Shown one piece after another: positions 36,201 to 51,107 of a stretch of 64,000 nt of DNA; position 1 is the first letter of the stretch, and each line of letters starts with the position of its first letter. The position numbers and the translations under genes were made by a program. The DNA comes from Thelocarpon superellum (lineage: Eukaryota). The notes under the pieces are model-generated. The model ran no database searches. It had not been told where the DNA came from and worked only from the letters and a program-made list of their open reading frames with translations. The stretch is taken from NCBI GenBank assembly GCA_026025795.1, contig JAPEUG010000008.1, forward strand, positions 1 through 64,000, written 5' to 3'.

Positions 36201-36932
36201 TGCGATTCCATTTTCCATGCCCGCCCTACCTCCCTGTTAACCGACCGACCGACCGTCCGTTCGACCGTGCTTCTGCTCGGCCACGGCGAAAGCGTGGGCG
36301 CAGCGTAGCGCTGTTACCGGTGCCGGTGCGCGCCGTCGTAGTGGCGTGTTGCCAAAAAACAAGCTTCGACTCCACGCACCCTTCCGCGACCGTGACCGCG
36401 AGGCCGCCGGACCCGCCAGTAAGCGGCACCCAAGTCGTCGGCGGGCCTTGGCCCATGGTATATGGGCCCTCCATCTTCCGCTCTCCGCTGGCTTGGAATG
36501 ATGAGAGGACCAGAAGACCTCACCCAGCTTGCATCGCCGAACCACTGCGTGCATCGCGGCGGCACACCACTGCTGCCGCCATCGCCACTGCCGTCACGAA
36601 TGGTCCCCCCGCCCCGCTGGGACACCCTTACCTCCGCTGCTCACCTCTTACACACTCTCGTCATTTCGCTCATGGCCCCGGTGCTAGTCACGCGCCTCAC
36701 CCAACCGTTGCTAGGTCCGACCTGACCGCCAGTCTCCGCCGCGGCTGCCGCTCCTTCCTCGCAGCCAGATCCGACGGCGTCAGCGCACACGTCATCCGTA
36801 AACGCGAGGCCTCCCCCAGGCTAGTCCGTGGCGTGGGCAGCTCCAGGCGGTGGCAGAGTCTTATCTGCCCCCTCCAGGAGCTGTCTCGGGCTCGGTGGAC
36901 GAGGCGAGTGCGTGCGCTTGACAGAACCTGAC

Positions 36933-38286
36933 ATGCCGGCAAGACTGCCACCGGGCATCATCACGAACAGTGACTCGGTCCCTGGCGAGATCGAGCGGGT
37001 TGATACCGTGGGCGCCGACGACATTGCCCGTCTCTGGAGAGGTAAGTGGACCGCCGCTGCATTGTCGCACTCGCGCCAGCGGCTGATGGGACGCTCGTGA
37101 TGCAGTCTTTGCCGCGAACAAGAATCCACGCCTGGAAAACTTGTTCTGGAGAATATGGGGCAACGATGCCATCCGTCGGGCCCTTGCGGGGCCGACCATC
37201 GCACGCCTCTTTATGCAGATTGCCAGCGATCGCGAGGCTATCCGCACCACGCCGGTGCAGTCGCCACGGTCCGAACATCGGAAGCCGAGCAGCGTCCGGC
37301 CTGACGAAGGGCACAGCCAGGTGACCTTCCACGCGGGCGCGCCGGTCGACGCGCAGCCGGTGGGCTCATCGTCACCCGAGCGGTCCCGACCAGCTTTGGT
37401 CCCTCCTTCCATCCTGAAAAAGCCACGAGACCGGCGCGGTGCGGAGACTAATCCTTCAGTCGACCCGTCCGCCCTGACCGCATCGGAGGGGGATAACGAC
37501 CCCGAAGAGGAAGCCGGGCTTGCTTCACAGCACCTACGACCACCGACACCGCCACGGGGACACGGTGAAGGCAAAAAGAAGAAGGCTACGTTTGTCGCGG
37601 GCCCTGCGTCGTCCAAGCGTCGGCCGGGCATGGGTCGAAAGCGTTCGTCGCAGTCATCTCCAAGTCACATATCGTCCGCGCCGCCCACGCACACATCCAC
37701 AAGTCACGGCTTATCCATACCACCCACGCACCCATCTGAAGAGGTCGACACTGCTTTGGAGACTTTTCCGGACCCGTCTTCAGCCCAAGGGGGAGAACAG
37801 CCCGAGGCGGTCGAAGCCCCACCGGCCGAAGTTCCCCGGACGCGGGCAAGAGAAGAGGGGGGACAGGAGAGAGGGCGAGGGACGACCGACGTCACGGCTC
37901 GCAGTCGTGCCACTCGCTCGGACCCAACCTGGGTGGTGGACGTGGACTTTCGAACACGTTTTGCCGCACGATCGCAGGGCGAAGGCGTCAAACCTGTGGC
38001 GGGCAAGTCCATGGCCCCTCTCACGGCCACCTCGGCCGTGGCGGTGGGCACCATCGAGCTGGGCGATCGCAGTCCTTCAGCCCGCAGAGCCAAGGGCAAA
38101 GGGAAGGCCAAAGCCGTTGTCGACGATGTGGAACCGTTGAAGCCGGAAGGGCCTTCAACCTCCCCAGCGGACGAACCAGATGACGCGCTGACACCCTTGG
38201 CGCGGACCAAAAGCCAGCTCACCCTGCTCTTGGAACGCGACCGGCAACACAAGGGAGGGTCAATGAAGAAGGGCAAGGGCAGGTAA
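36933..38286 (+). CDS. Fungal protein with DUF1752 (AreA N-terminal-like) motif and low-complexity C-terminus; one intron
   Basis: DIARLWR|...RLENLFWRIW signature across a GTAAGT...CAG intron; later PPSILKKP and LARTKSQLTLLLE. Confidence 0.8.
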
Positions 38287-39945
38287 GCTGACGTTGACTT
38301 TTCACCTTGTATCAACAGCATTGCACATTGCACATAGCGTTTGTCCTCGCTTGCTCAGACTAGAAGTTGGAGTCCACACGGACCGGAGGGCCGGAGGGCG
38401 GTGGGCTTTGCATGCAAAGGCAGAGCAAAGATGGGGCGTTGGTGGTGGCATGGACAGTCTATCAGCGAAGCTTGGCCAAAGAGACGGATGGCGCCCTTCT
38501 TTCTCTTCTACCATGAAAGGGCCATCCGATGTTGTACGGGGCAACCCGACACCGCCACTGTTGCTACAAGGAAACCAAGTGCCCGGCAGCATAGATTTCT
38601 CGCCGAAGCACTGAACGCATGCCTGTCTCGGCAGCTTTGCATTTTCATTCACGGAAATGTGCCTGATGGTTGACCCACGCCTGCCATGGCATTGCTCGTT
38701 CGCGATCATTCCCTCAAGGCCGCACGCGTGCTCGTACGTCGTGTCAGTCCTTTGTACGAAGCGAGGCGAAGGACAGGCCACCAGCCAAGATACCACTCAC
38801 AGTAGTAGAATCTTCTAGAAAAGTACCGAAATCTGCGGTGGCGTTGATCTGGGGGATTTCGATCATTACGGCTAATGACTACAGGCGACATTATTCCTGC
38901 TCGCCCACATTGGTCATCAAGGAAGGCCAATTGAGACGAGCTTGCGTCAAATCAACGTGGAGGATCTACGAATAATCGTTGGAGGAAGGGACCTGTCGGG
39001 CTCGAAAGCCGGGGTGCCGCGGAGTCTAATTTGGTCAATTCGCCCGGCATCTGTGACACGCGGCAGACCCGGCGATCAGACCTCGGCCTCGGAGACTCGC
39101 AGGCAATTGAGATACACAGTAAGCCGCACCACGACCGCTTCGGCGTATCGTAGCAGCCGGAGAAGATGAAACGTTGCTGATGTCTGGAGCGCGGGGAATG
39201 ATCTCATCGCCAGGGTGTCATCGGCACTGCAATCAGGGACAAGGGAAATACTCGTCTTGGTTGGCCGAGGGTTTGTGCCATTGAATCGCCTCATCCCTGA
39301 GCATGAAGGATCATGGGGGATGTTTATGGACTTGCTTGGGCCCCGCTTGGCTCGGTTGGCTCGGTCGGGCATGGTCAGGCGGGGGGGCATGGGTGGATGA
39401 AGATTGGCTGGGACTTGATTAGTCCGTCTGGCGTGGAGTGGCCGTGTCCTAGGGCTTGGCCCGGTTAAAGATCGAATGACCTGTATTCCCCCTTGATCGT
39501 GTAACGATAGCGCGGACTCGTCGTACAGGCGCACGTCAGCCCTCGTGGTGTGCCTGGGCTTGGTTGCGTGGCCTGGTGCGGGGAGGGTACGCAATACGCG
39601 GTGGTTATGCAGTAACGACGCGGTACGGGGACGTCGTAGTCGAGGCCCGCATTGGAAGATGGCGCCGTCTGCGACGCTCAGGTCCCTTGAAACGGGGGCT
39701 CAGCCGGCCTGGCGGTCATGCTCTCTTACCACCGCCTCCAAGTCCCCATCCTCCACTTAAGCATGGCCACCCACCAATTTTCCTTCTTCGCGTCTTCATC
39801 CGTGTGATCTTGAACAACGTACGGCGTGTCGTATCGAGCCGTATCGTCCCCTCCCTCTCGGTCCTTCTCAAACGTCGGGTTCGTCGCTGGTCGGATAGGA
39901 TCAACTGCGTTGCCATACGCCCTCCACATCCGTCGCCCCTTTGCC

Positions 39946-41172
39946 ATGTTGACCTCTTTGCTGCTGTCGGCCACGGCCATTTCTGCCGTCTCGGCCTGGC
40001 GGACGCCGGTGCTCCAAGTCGACGCTCCGCCGAGTCGTTCAGTGACGCTGCAGTGCCCTGAATGTGCTCCCGCCGTCCACAGCTTAGTGGACGAGCCGGT
40101 ACCGTCGTTGGTGAGAAGGCTCGACGCTGTGCTACGCGGTGGCTAAGACTGCGCTGACCATTTCTCCCAGTCCCTCAACTTCTCCGTCTCCGACACAGCA
40201 CCGTACGACGTCTTGCTCAACGGGATCGGTATCTATCCGCAGGCCTCCCCGCTGCCCGAACCGCTGTTCGCGCCCGTCACCAAGGCCGGCGACGATCACG
40301 CGACGGTCAAGGTCCGGCTCGGATATGAACTGGACATCCGGCGCAACAACTGGATCTACCCGCCGCACGTCGAGGACGTGTCGCTGTCCTTCAGCGTCGT
40401 GCAGGTGGCCGGGCAGTTCACCAAGGCCCCGGAGACTGTGGAGATTAAGCTTTTGAAGACGCCCGACTCGCGACCCCATCTCATCCACGCCCTGACCGTC
40501 AAGCCCGCTCTCGACGGCAACGCCAGTCCCAGCGAGCAAGATCAGGCCGGCGGGGCCAAAGGATGCTCGCGACTCCCGCTCTTTTGCAAGTGGAAGGCCA
40601 TCCTGGCGCAGAAACTGGCCAAGCTCACCAAGCCACACAAGTGCCACCATGGCGGCAAACACATGGCACACCACGTCCCCTCCATCCCCGTCGACCAACC
40701 TGCCGCCACACCGCCCACGCCGCCCACGTCTCCTACCACTGCCACGATTCCTACTCCAGAAAAGCAGGCCGAGGTGTTCCGCGTGCAACATCATCGCCAC
40801 GGGAAGCATCACCGCCAGCCTCTGGTCAAGAAGCTGATCCTGCACGTCATCTTCCCCATGCTCGTCGGCATCGCGGCGGGTCTGACGGCAAGCCTGATGG
40901 GAATGATCGTCGGGCACCTGGTGGTGCTGGTCTGGCGCCGCTTCTACCGCGGCAACAACAGCGCCATCATCGGGTCCTGTTCCGCCTGTCCAGCGTCGTA
41001 TCGCTACCTTCCTCTTCTCTTCCACGCTCATCCTCACGCTCCCTCCGCCACCGAAACCGTCCGGCCGGGCGACAAAGCCCCGTCCTACGAGGAGGCCATT
41101 GGCCAGACCTACCGTGACGAGAAGGTGGGACTGCTCGAGGAGGAGGTGGAAGACATCGAGGAGCGCGAGTAG
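39946..41172 (+). CDS. Hypothetical membrane-anchored protein (signal peptide, CxxC, C-terminal TM); one intron
   Basis: MLTSLLLSATAISAVSA leader, CPEC, intron 40111-40170, His-rich tract, TM VIFPMLVGIAAGLTASLMGMIVG, APSYEE motif. Confidence 0.75.
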
Positions 41173-41915
41173 GTCAGACGTCCTACTGCCACGAGATGAC
41201 AAGACTGTAACAAGGACGATGGAGGAAAAGGAGGGCGAGGAGTAAGGAGCGAGGGGAGCAACAAGTTTGAAATGGACCGATCAAAGACGACTGGGAATGG
41301 ACCAGGATGGAAGCGAGCGTGCTTTTCTTTTTCTCCCCTTGCACTTCTCTCTCCCTCTCCGCACCGCCCACAGTCTTTCTATGTACTTGTGCCTCTATCT
41401 CTACAGCGTCAGTGATCAGTGACCACTAGTGATCATGAACGAGGGACCGGGGGTTTTTCCCACTCCATTTTTCCAAATCGGCAACGACCGTCAATCGTCG
41501 GAGAGGTGCAGCGGAGGCTTCTTCGTAGAGGGAGAGCTGTACAGCTAGACTGAAAGATGGAACTTGTTCCTTCGACTGTTCACCGTCGTCTTTCTACCTC
41601 CCGCCCTCCCCTTTCATTGTCGACCAATCCCGTCCATCTATTGTCCAGGTGGAGTTCGGGTACGAATTAGATGGAGAAGTCAGTCAGCCGGCTTTAGTCT
41701 GACTACTTGTACTCGTCCAGGTGCGAAGTTAAGCATACATGTTCAGCGACCGCGCAACACAAAGCGATGATTAAACGATGATTGCCGAACGAAAGAAAGG
41801 GTGTCGTAGTAATCTCGAACATGGCCAACGCCGCTCGCTCCCGCTCTCGCCTTCCGTCTATCCCTGTACCCATCTATCAATAGCTTCGTCACAGAGCAGG
41901 TCCAAGCGCCGTCAG

Positions 41916-44900
41916 TCAAGCAAACCCCAATTGATCCCTTGCGTCGTCCGTCAACCGACCCCATTCCAACAGTAGTCGAAAGAAATATATCTCCATGTCC
42001 TCCTTCCGAAGCACCTTGGCCGCCCATTCGCGGCCCTGTTCGGCAATGGTTTCGGCTTCTCGCGCGTGCGCGCGGAGGTTGATCCGTCGCCCGCCCATCG
42101 GGCCCTGGATCCCTGCAAAGTAGGCCAGCGTGCTATAGACCCCGTGCAAGCGCAGATCCTGTGGGAAAAAGTGCACCCACGCCGTCAGGCGTGAGTCGTA
42201 CCATTCGCGGAAGAGGGCCGTCTTGATGGGGAGGGAGTGCGAGTGTAGAAAGGGGAGGAAACGGCCGCTGAATCCGGCGCCGTCGAGGTCGAAGAGATAT
42301 TTGTAGCCCCAGTGCTGCTGGAAGCCCGTGCTAGTCTTGAAACCAAACTCTTGCTCTTGATCTGCGCAGTCACGTCCACTGCATCGCTGGATCTGATCTA
42401 TTGTTCCAACGTCGAAGCGGAGGTGGGCACCCACGTCGCGTATGGCCACGTTCTCGTATTCGTAACCCTCCTGTCCCCGACCTCGGGGGAGCAGTACTGG
42501 CACATGAGTCGCGGCGGTGAGGTCGCTGGTCATGTGGATGAGACGCTGACGGGTCATTCCCTTCCAGGTGCCGTCTAGCGATACCCCTTCCGTGGTCGAG
42601 CCGCGCCAGAAGAGCGTCCCGTTCTTCTGGCTGAACGGCAGATCAGGCTCTTCGTCCGTGGGTTGGTACGATGCCTTGTCCACGTAGTTCCACGCGCTGG
42701 GATAGCTGTGACCAAATCAGCCGAGCCTCTCCATCGTCAAGAGGGCCTCGACCCACATGATGTCATTGAAGCCAGACACCTTACTCTGGCTAAACACCGG
42801 CATCAACTCATGCGTGCCCTTGAACGCCGCCGGACTGAGGAAGAAGCCGTGTAGATCCGCCAAATCGGGCTGATGACAGATCTTCGAGGCTAGCGTCCAA
42901 TTTGACACAAACGCCCCTGTCGAGTGCGGCTGCACGCAGGAGAGACAGAGGCCAGTCGTCCCTCGACGTCGTTGCGTGCGTGCGAGAGACTCGGGAGGAC
43001 AAGTCACGGCGCCATACGCGTGAAAGATATTTGTAAAGGACAGATCCTCGAACCGGGTCTTGTCATACAACGTCGTCGAAGTTTCCTTCCAACCCTCTTC
43101 CCGCTTGGTGCTCCATTTGGTCAACGCCGGATTGTTCGACATCGCGTCGACCATCATGTGGCTCAACATGCGCGTTTCTTCTTCCTTATGCCATGGTACC
43201 GCGACGCGGCATTCATCGTTGAGGTTCAAGGCAATGTCCATGTCCGGCAGCCACTCGCAAAAAGGCTGCATCATCTGCAAGACTCCCTCGAGCATCCACC
43301 GATGAGTGGGGATCGTGTTGGGGGCCAGGTCGGCCACGCCGTTCCGTACGCTGATCGCTGAGATCTCATTCCACGGATTCGAGGTTGCCTCCCACGTGCG
43401 GTCTCGTAGGTCGGATGGCTGAAGCGACCAGAATGGAGCGAGATCATCATGGATGCTGTCAAAGTCATCGATCACGATCGAGGACCGATTCGCGGCAAAC
43501 TCATACCACTTGTCGAACATCCTGTCATCCAGTTAGGGCCCTGTCCTCGGCTGAACAGCTTACCCGGGGAGAGACTGACGGGGGTGGATGACGATGATAT
43601 CTCGCGCGGTACTCTGCCACGACCGAACGAAGCGTTCTCCTCGCGGAAATGTTTTCCACCCAATCGCGATGCTGCTTCGTTGCTTCGGTGATGAGCCGAT
43701 CGATTGGGTGGGTCAAGATCGCGCTGCTTCGGGAGAGGGTCAAAGAGAGGTGAAGGAGCGCGAGCAATAGGACGAGTCCCGAGCACCATGAGATCAGGTA
43801 TTCGACGATCCGTGCCTTTGGAGGCGAATTACTCCCCGAGGATCTCAATTTGAGACGCGGGCCGATAAAGAAGACGGTGCCAAGGTTTAGGAGAAGCATT
43901 GATATGACGGTCATGCCAATCTCAGCCGGAGGAAACGAGTCTCGATTCGACATAACAAACGCCAGCGTGGAAATGTACGTCGTTGTGGACACCACCGTCA
44001 CCGCCAGCGTCTGCAGGCTGAAGTATGAGAGCTGGTGGAGAGGTCAGTACAGATCACGGGGCAGGATAGATCATCACACTCACGCATCGAATGGCGAAGC
44101 ATCCGGTCAGTGACCATAGGATGCTGGGCCAAAACATCCCCCGTAGCCATAGGTGGTAGAGGCTTTTTGGCCAGTGGTGGGTTTGGGGGGAACGGAAGAA
44201 AGAAGCCAGTACGGCGGTATCCAGGAGGAGCGCGGAACCCTGTCGAGTCATAAGTATGGTCTCGTCCAATCCTCGCGGGCTCATTCGAGGTACCAGTAAT
44301 GCCCACGCAACCCGTTTCACGTTCTTCCCGTCCCCTCGAGCAAATCGAGAGTCTCGGGCGCAAAGAAGCCTCGCAACGCACCGAAGAACGAACATGTCCA
44401 ACAGCAGACCACACACCTGATAGATTGGAGTCCACGCTGCCCGGTGACGTGGGCAGATATATGTCGATCTAGGCGCGGTCAGGGTAGACACCGCCAAGAC
44501 GCTCCCACTGCTCGCCAACAAGGTAGACAGTACATCAGCGATCGGTGCAGACGAGGACTGATCGGAGCCTTGGTTGTCTCCACCGGCCCACCCCAGCTCC
44601 GGCCGGGATTGGCGTTTGCGCTGGGCCTTGACCAGCTTATGGAGCGCAAGAAGTAGGGGCAAGAAAGCCTCGACAGTCCAATGCGCGCATTGCGGGGTGG
44701 ACCACACAAGGTGAAGAATCGCCGCTCGCAAGGCTACGGCAAGCGTGGTCCATATCACCACCGATGCCTCCCCAGTTCTGCTATGCCCCGGGAGAGTGTT
44801 CGCTCCGTGAAGATGCAACAGGTACTGGCTGGATGGTGACTTGGGCGAACGTAGCGCAAGGATATCCTGCCGCTGCCGCTTCAGGTGAGATGGAAGCAGC

Positions 44901-45121
44901 AGAGCGGGACGAACGGCATCGACACAGAGTAAGAGGATGCCAGTGACCGTGAGGAGGACGGAAGAGGATGGAATGGGATAGTCTGTCCACAGCGCCGGTC
45001 AACGGGAAGGATCGCCGCGTCACGGCCGCTGACCTACCCAAGACATAGGAGCTCTCGCCGTCGAGTGAACCAAGGATGACACCGAAGAGGAGGCCGCTGT
45101 CAAGGGTCGAGAGACGAGCAT
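41916..45121 (-). CDS. Glycosyltransferase family 90 (CAP10/beta-1,2-xylosyltransferase-like); spliced, start uncertain
   Basis: YRARYHRHPPP.FDKWYEFA, LPDMDIALNLNDECRV, PVFSQSKVSGFNDI, LFWRGSTTEG, YKYLFDLDGAGFSGRF, DMEIYFFRLLLEWGRL; hydrophobic N-terminal exons. Confidence 0.9.
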
Positions 45122-48100
45122 TAGCTAGCTATTCGTGGGCGAGTCTTGGTCGAGGGGGAGTACGAGGGAGCACCAACGTCAGAGCAAGGGAGCTGGACCA
45201 CCCCATCCTCTACGCGGCCGGTCCGGAGGGGTGGGCTTAGGTGAGCACCGGCCTCAGCGTGGCCCACGGGCATTTCATCAGTGCTATGAGGAGAGGAGAC
45301 GGCGATATTGTTGATGTCCAGTGGCATTGGGGGCCAGCATGGTCGCGATCACCGTCGAGACCGTTGCCAAGGAGGGCGACATTGAACCGGGCTTGGAGGC
45401 ATCATGAATGCACGCATTCTGAGGGCGTCATCGCCCACCTAGGCATACTTAGGTAAGGGAGGAGCACAATCGCGCTGTGGAGGGAAATCAATCGTCCTTC
45501 CGCATTGGTCATTTAGCGTGAGATGGCGGCGGATAGATGGCGATTCATCTCTGCAATGTCAATGGACAACGAGCCGAACTGAGCGGACCAGACCCTGAGA
45601 GATCTATCGGCAGCACTCGATGCTGCCGGAGGTCCGTCCGTTGGGTCTCCCACTGTGCCGAAGCTCATTACGCAGAAACGGAATGATATAACCGCGGTAC
45701 TCTCTTACTACCCATTGACCGATCATTCCAAGGTCAAGGGCATACATTTATCGCCCAGGAGTGTATGATCGAGGCGTAAGAGAGACAGCAACATAACATA
45801 TATACTCGAACGAATACCGAAGACGTTCCACTTGGACGGGGTTCGATTGGGAGTTGATAGGGTGAAATCACGACTTACGCCACTTCGAGGCTGCTCTTGA
45901 GGCTGGCCAACCCGAGCGACGAACGAGCGCACGCGCCGCGGTACCAGCGGCACGGGTCCAATTGCCTCGTTGCGATGCTTGGCACGCGGTAGAGGTGGTG
46001 CGAGGTACGAGTACAAGGTCTAGGCAAGGCAGAGGGTGAGTGCGGTAACATACCTTGCCGGTCGCTTGCTCCAGGCACGCCTTTGTGACAGATGTGTGTC
46101 GAAATTCTTTGATTACTTCAGTGCATGAGCACGGGTGGATTTGGGCCAGACGCCCGCCGTCTACCTGCGCTTGCGATTGCACTACATGCACGTACGGACA
46201 TTCATCTCGCTCCAAACAGTCAGCAGCCTCCAAGCCGAAGCAGGCAGAGCGAGGCGTGCGTTCTGGAGTAGATCACGATTGAATCTCTTCCTGCCTTGAC
46301 GAGCCAGAAGCAGTCTACCTTTGTTGACATTCCTACCGCAGGGGCGCGCCTTTTTCAAGTCATGATCAGCCATACTCTGTAGGCAACGAGCCCCATTCGC
46401 TGCGCTCGTGGCCCAGTGCACCCGTGAGACTATTCTCCCATTCCTCACCACCACGGCTACGAACGACTAGTCGTCGTAGCGAAGCAACTATCGTCTAGAT
46501 TTTAACCGTACGCTCGACCTGCTGTTCGTTGCATCAGGGACGCTCGCAAGTCAGGCCACAATGGCCATCATTCGGCTAACTGTTGTGCCATGGGTGAGTC
46601 ACGAAGCACTTGGATCTATTTCATAGCGGCACACCATGACCAACCAACATGACACCCGCTCGCGACGTTCGACATCTCCGCCCAAAATCTGGTGCGTGCA
46701 TAGTCTCGGGCAAGATGGAAGGTGGGACGCAGAACATGCTCAATGATTCCGGAGGTGTCCCAGAGAGAACTTGCGCACCGAGATGCATCAGCCCCACGTT
46801 GTATATCATCCTCTCTGTCCCTCTTCACGTGTATCGCCGATCATCCGCGCCGTCACCTCGCGGGGCATCTGGCATCTTTTGGAACAATGGGACAATAAAA
46901 GAATGCCCGGGGGCGCACTAGCCATGGCCCTCCTGGCGATCGGACCCTAGAGGGTGTGGAAGGCCAGACGCGTGCCGATCGCTGGCAAGCTCCGTTGCCT
47001 ATCCACCACCAACTAAGTCCAGCCTACCGCCTATCACGTTCCAAAGCAGCGTCATGGAAGAAGTCTATGCAGGCGGCCGAACACGTTCATCGTCTGGTTA
47101 GGCAAGTCGTCATGTCTCGTCGCAAAATGAGCAGATCCAACATTATGCATTTAGGAAAACAGTTGTGTAACCTGTTCCTACACGGTGGTATCTTGTGGAA
47201 TTTCATGCAGAGCCATTCGAGCTGGCAGCGCCGAGTGGAGAAGGCGCCGCTCGGCTGGCCAGCTGAGGCGAGGGGCAGACGACAACAACCTAGCCGGCCG
47301 TGAGTTTGACGCGATCCGGTGCGGCCGGTTGACCTTCGGAGAGCGCCGAATACCACGTACTCCTTATGACCGCATGAGAAAGCACGCCGAGCCTTCTCCC
47401 AGGACTTCGATGGTTCCCTACTTTGGAGACTCGGCCGTTCGCCACGTCCAAGGGTTGGCCAGCAAGACGGTGGGTGATGGCGCAACATGGATGCCGAAGG
47501 GGCTGCGCAAGGAAAACAGAGCCATGATCGGTCCATAACTATCGCGGCTATACATGGATCGGACAAATGCACGTCCTCGATACTCCACGTCTCACACAAA
47601 CGCCGGTGCTCCTCGCGTGGGGCTGGCGGCGAAGGCGAGCAGCGGAAGCGAGGCGTACAGGGCAGGATATGACCTGGGATCGTCGATGGTACGGGGTTTC
47701 AGGCACCGTTGTGTGTGTCACGATGGTCGAGCTCGAGCGCCTGGCCTGCCATGGGAACGAGACTTCAAGCTAAGGCAAAGACGACGTGCATCTGGTCAAG
47801 ACCGGCTGGCAGTAATTTTCAGGAGGCCGTGCGGGCAAGCGTGGTGCCGCGCCAGCGAACCGAGACCACCGCCCGACCGGAAACTCGAGCTTGACTGATC
47901 GCCTCGCGTGCCTCAGTCCCTCCCACCTCCCGCGAGGCGCCGCCTAAGCTGGACCCTAGCCTTCCATCCCGCCCGGGGGGTGAGATGAGAGCCAGATCGG
48001 CGGCCTCTGCGACTGCACCCACCCAATACCGGACGGATGCGGGCTGAAACCCAATCCGACGTGGGTGGCCTCGTCTCCTCGCGGCCGTGGCCTCTCCGCG

Positions 48101-48237
48101 CTCCGGATGAGGGCATGTGAGCAGGCAAAGTATATAGATAGATTGGACGTGCACACGCCACTTCGTCTCTATCTACCTCCACGATCTCGCGAATCTTCAT
48201 CTGCCCCGTCGTCCTCGCCGGGTCTGCTCTCACAGCC

Positions 48238-49719
48238 ATGTCGGGCACACTAGCGACGCTGGAGAGCCCCGACGCGTCGTATCAGTTGTCCCACCTCAAT
48301 GAGAGTCGACAAGGCAGCCTCATGGCGGTCAACATCTCCATGGTCATCATATCCACCGCGGCCGTGGCGCTCCGTCTCCTGGCTCGACGACTGGCCAGAG
48401 TCGGCTTGAGTTGGGATGACTACATCATTCTCGCGGCGCAGGCGCTGGCGTATGCCTGCTTCGGCGTTCTCATCCCTCCAATTCAACTGGGGCTGGGGAA
48501 ACACACATTTTCCATCCCGCTGGATGACTTGATCCCGCTCGGCCAGGTAGGTCCAGATTCGCCGTCCCCTTTCCCAAGATGTGTCATGGTCCTAATGCGG
48601 CCCTCCGCTGGCGTGCAGTATCACTATATTTTCAACATGTGCTACGCCTTCGCGCTCCCCGTCGTCAAGTTCTCCATCATCTTCTTCCTCTACCGCACCT
48701 TCCCGACCCAGGGCTTCCGGAGAGTGTGTGTCGTGTTCGGTTGGTTCATGTTCACCGCGTGGATCGCCAACCTGTTCCCCGCCATCTGGATCTGCCGGCC
48801 CATTTCCTATTACTGGGACAAGTTTCAGGAGGGCAGCTGCTTCGACGAAGAAAGGTTTCTCATCGCCACGTCGGGGCTCACCATCCTCTTTGATCTGGTG
48901 CTCCTTTTCATACCCCTTCCGCTGGTGTGGACTCTGCGGGTGTCCCCCCAGCAGAAGGTCGCTCTCATGTTCATCTTCACCATCGGAGGCTTGTCAGTCG
49001 CCCGCTGCGTCGGCACTTTGGGACACGTTGGCTGACCTTCCCGCGCAGCGTCTGCGTCTTCAGTGCCCTCCGGATCCCATTCATCCATCTGCTCTTTTCG
49101 GACGACCCGCTCTGTAAGTTGGTGCCAGATGCGACCGCCGCGGACGGAAGCGCTGATGATGGGTGCAGATGACGGCTACTGGCCGGCGGTGGGGAGTCTA
49201 CTGGAGCTCAACATGGGCATCGTCGCCGCCTGTCTTCCGGTGCTCCGTCCCGTCGTCCGACTGATTGGCAAGCTCGCTGGCGCCGATAACGTGCTGGACA
49301 GCCGCCAACAGCTGCGACCGTCGTCGCACAAGAGCTTTGGCTTCCCTTCCTTTCTCAGCCAGCGGCGAGGGTCGGATGGCAAGCTTCTCACCTCGCCGTC
49401 GACGATGGACGAATCCAAAGGGGGCTTTTCGGGCCTGACCACGCTCGCCTCGCCTTCGATCCCGCATGAACACGGCGTGGACGGCGGCGATGTCGAAGCG
49501 GGCAAGGTGGAGGTGTCGACGCAGCTGCAGGATCTAGGCAACCTGGCGACGGAGCCCGAGGATCTCACAGCGGAACGGCGGGTGAGCGAGTCGGCGCGCG
49601 CCTACCACGGCGTGGCCGCGATGCCGCCACGCGGTCCCGCTCCCACGTATCAGCTCCCTCCCATCCCAGCTCACGTGCGCCCTGGCCCCGACGTCTACAC
49701 CCCGTTCCGCCCGCGATAA
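48238..49719 (+). CDS. Second Pth11-like (rhodopsin-domain) integral membrane protein; spliced
   Basis: VALRLLARR...LSWDDYII, GLGKH, VKFSIIFFLYRTF, CRPISYYWDK, DLVLLFIPLPLVW, ELNMGIVAACLPVLRP. Confidence 0.9.
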
Positions 49720-51075
49720 ACTTGTCGGGCGTTCAGTGCAGCAAGAAACGTGACGAGCCGCGATGGTTTGGTCTGGTCTGGTCTGGTCTGGTCTGGCCTT
49801 TGCGGATGCGATCTGATGACGACACTGGCATTTTACTCCTTGAATCATTGCGTGGCAGGGTAGGCATGGCATGGCATTGCATGGTACTGGACGACACTCA
49901 TTCTCTGCATACTTCTACGGCGTTGGGCGGATCAGCGATCCCGGATGATGACTGCCGGTCCGCGGTCCGCGGTCAAGGGAAGCTGGAGTTTGGCGCGGGG
50001 CTGCAAAGGGATCAGAAGGCCGTGTAGGCGGCCCAGTCCTTGGAAGGCATTATTGCTCGCTGGTCCGAACGTTCATTAGTATATACACCCGTCATCTATA
50101 TGTCAGTCATGACGATATAGAGCCTACTTATCTTCGTACAAAGCATGGCGCGCAGCGACTTAGCCAGCCAGCCGGCTAGTCAGCCAAGTGGCAACTCAGA
50201 CGAATCGATACGGATGAAACGGAACAGAGCCTTTTTGATCCGGGGCCGGTTATTCGCCACTAGTGGAGTAGATGTGCAGATGGGTATGGAATACCACGGT
50301 GAACTCGTAAATTACGGTGAACACCGGGGTGTTTGGGACCAATGAGATGGGCCATTATGGCGACTATAGACCGGAGGGATGGCCGACAACTAACCAAATC
50401 ACTCATTCAATTTACCCAAGTGTGGGCCCTAGGGGATGGCCTGCTGGTATCTACTGGTCGAGCTGTCGCGTGGGTGTGCTCCCTCCCATATTCACCCTAT
50501 TATCACGGTAAAGTCGTAGAGCCGTAGACCGGTGGGTTCTCCCGCACACGCCTCCAGGTCTCTACGGAGCAACAATGGTGTGACTGGTCCGTACTACTGT
50601 AGGTACAGGTGTGCGCATCTGGAGCCAAGCCAAGCCAAACAACCAAGCCAGCCGCGTTGACCACGCGTTTCTAGTCGACAACCTTTACGACACGGGGTGG
50701 TGGGTGTGGGCAGACCAGCAAGCTACTTCACGCGCTTCGTATTAGTGGCTTGAGCCCGTAGTAGAGTACGGTCAGTAGTGGACGACCTGGCGGGAGGGGG
50801 ACGGGACGATGGCACGGCATCCTCCGTCTGAAGCCCCACGGCGGGCCTCGTGCGTAACCTGCTCTTCTTCTCGTCCTGGTGGTAGGGTAGTTGAGCTGGC
50901 CCCAGGGAAGTTCTGGCGTGGCACGATGCCTGTACTCGCACCTGTCAGAGTGCTGGTAGAGAGCACGTTAACTGGTGATTCACCCGTGCCCGGCAAAGTC
51001 CCACGCGATACTCGTCCGAGCACCTACCTAGTGCATGCACGGCGTGGTTGCTGTTCCCGTTACCAATGGAGTTTT

Positions 51076-51107
<32 letters not shown>

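Noticed and set aside
33464..36931. Long ORFs 33464-34273 (-), 33885-34391 (-) and 35984-36931 (+)
   Set aside because: No recognisable motifs; Arg/Pro/Ser-rich composition typical of chance ORFs in GC-rich intergenic DNA. A small lineage-specific gene cannot be excluded.
40132..41202. 356-aa antisense ORF (and similar shadow ORFs at 52563-53393, 61359-62189, 23920-24681)
   Set aside because: Antisense shadows of real GC3-rich genes on the opposite strand.
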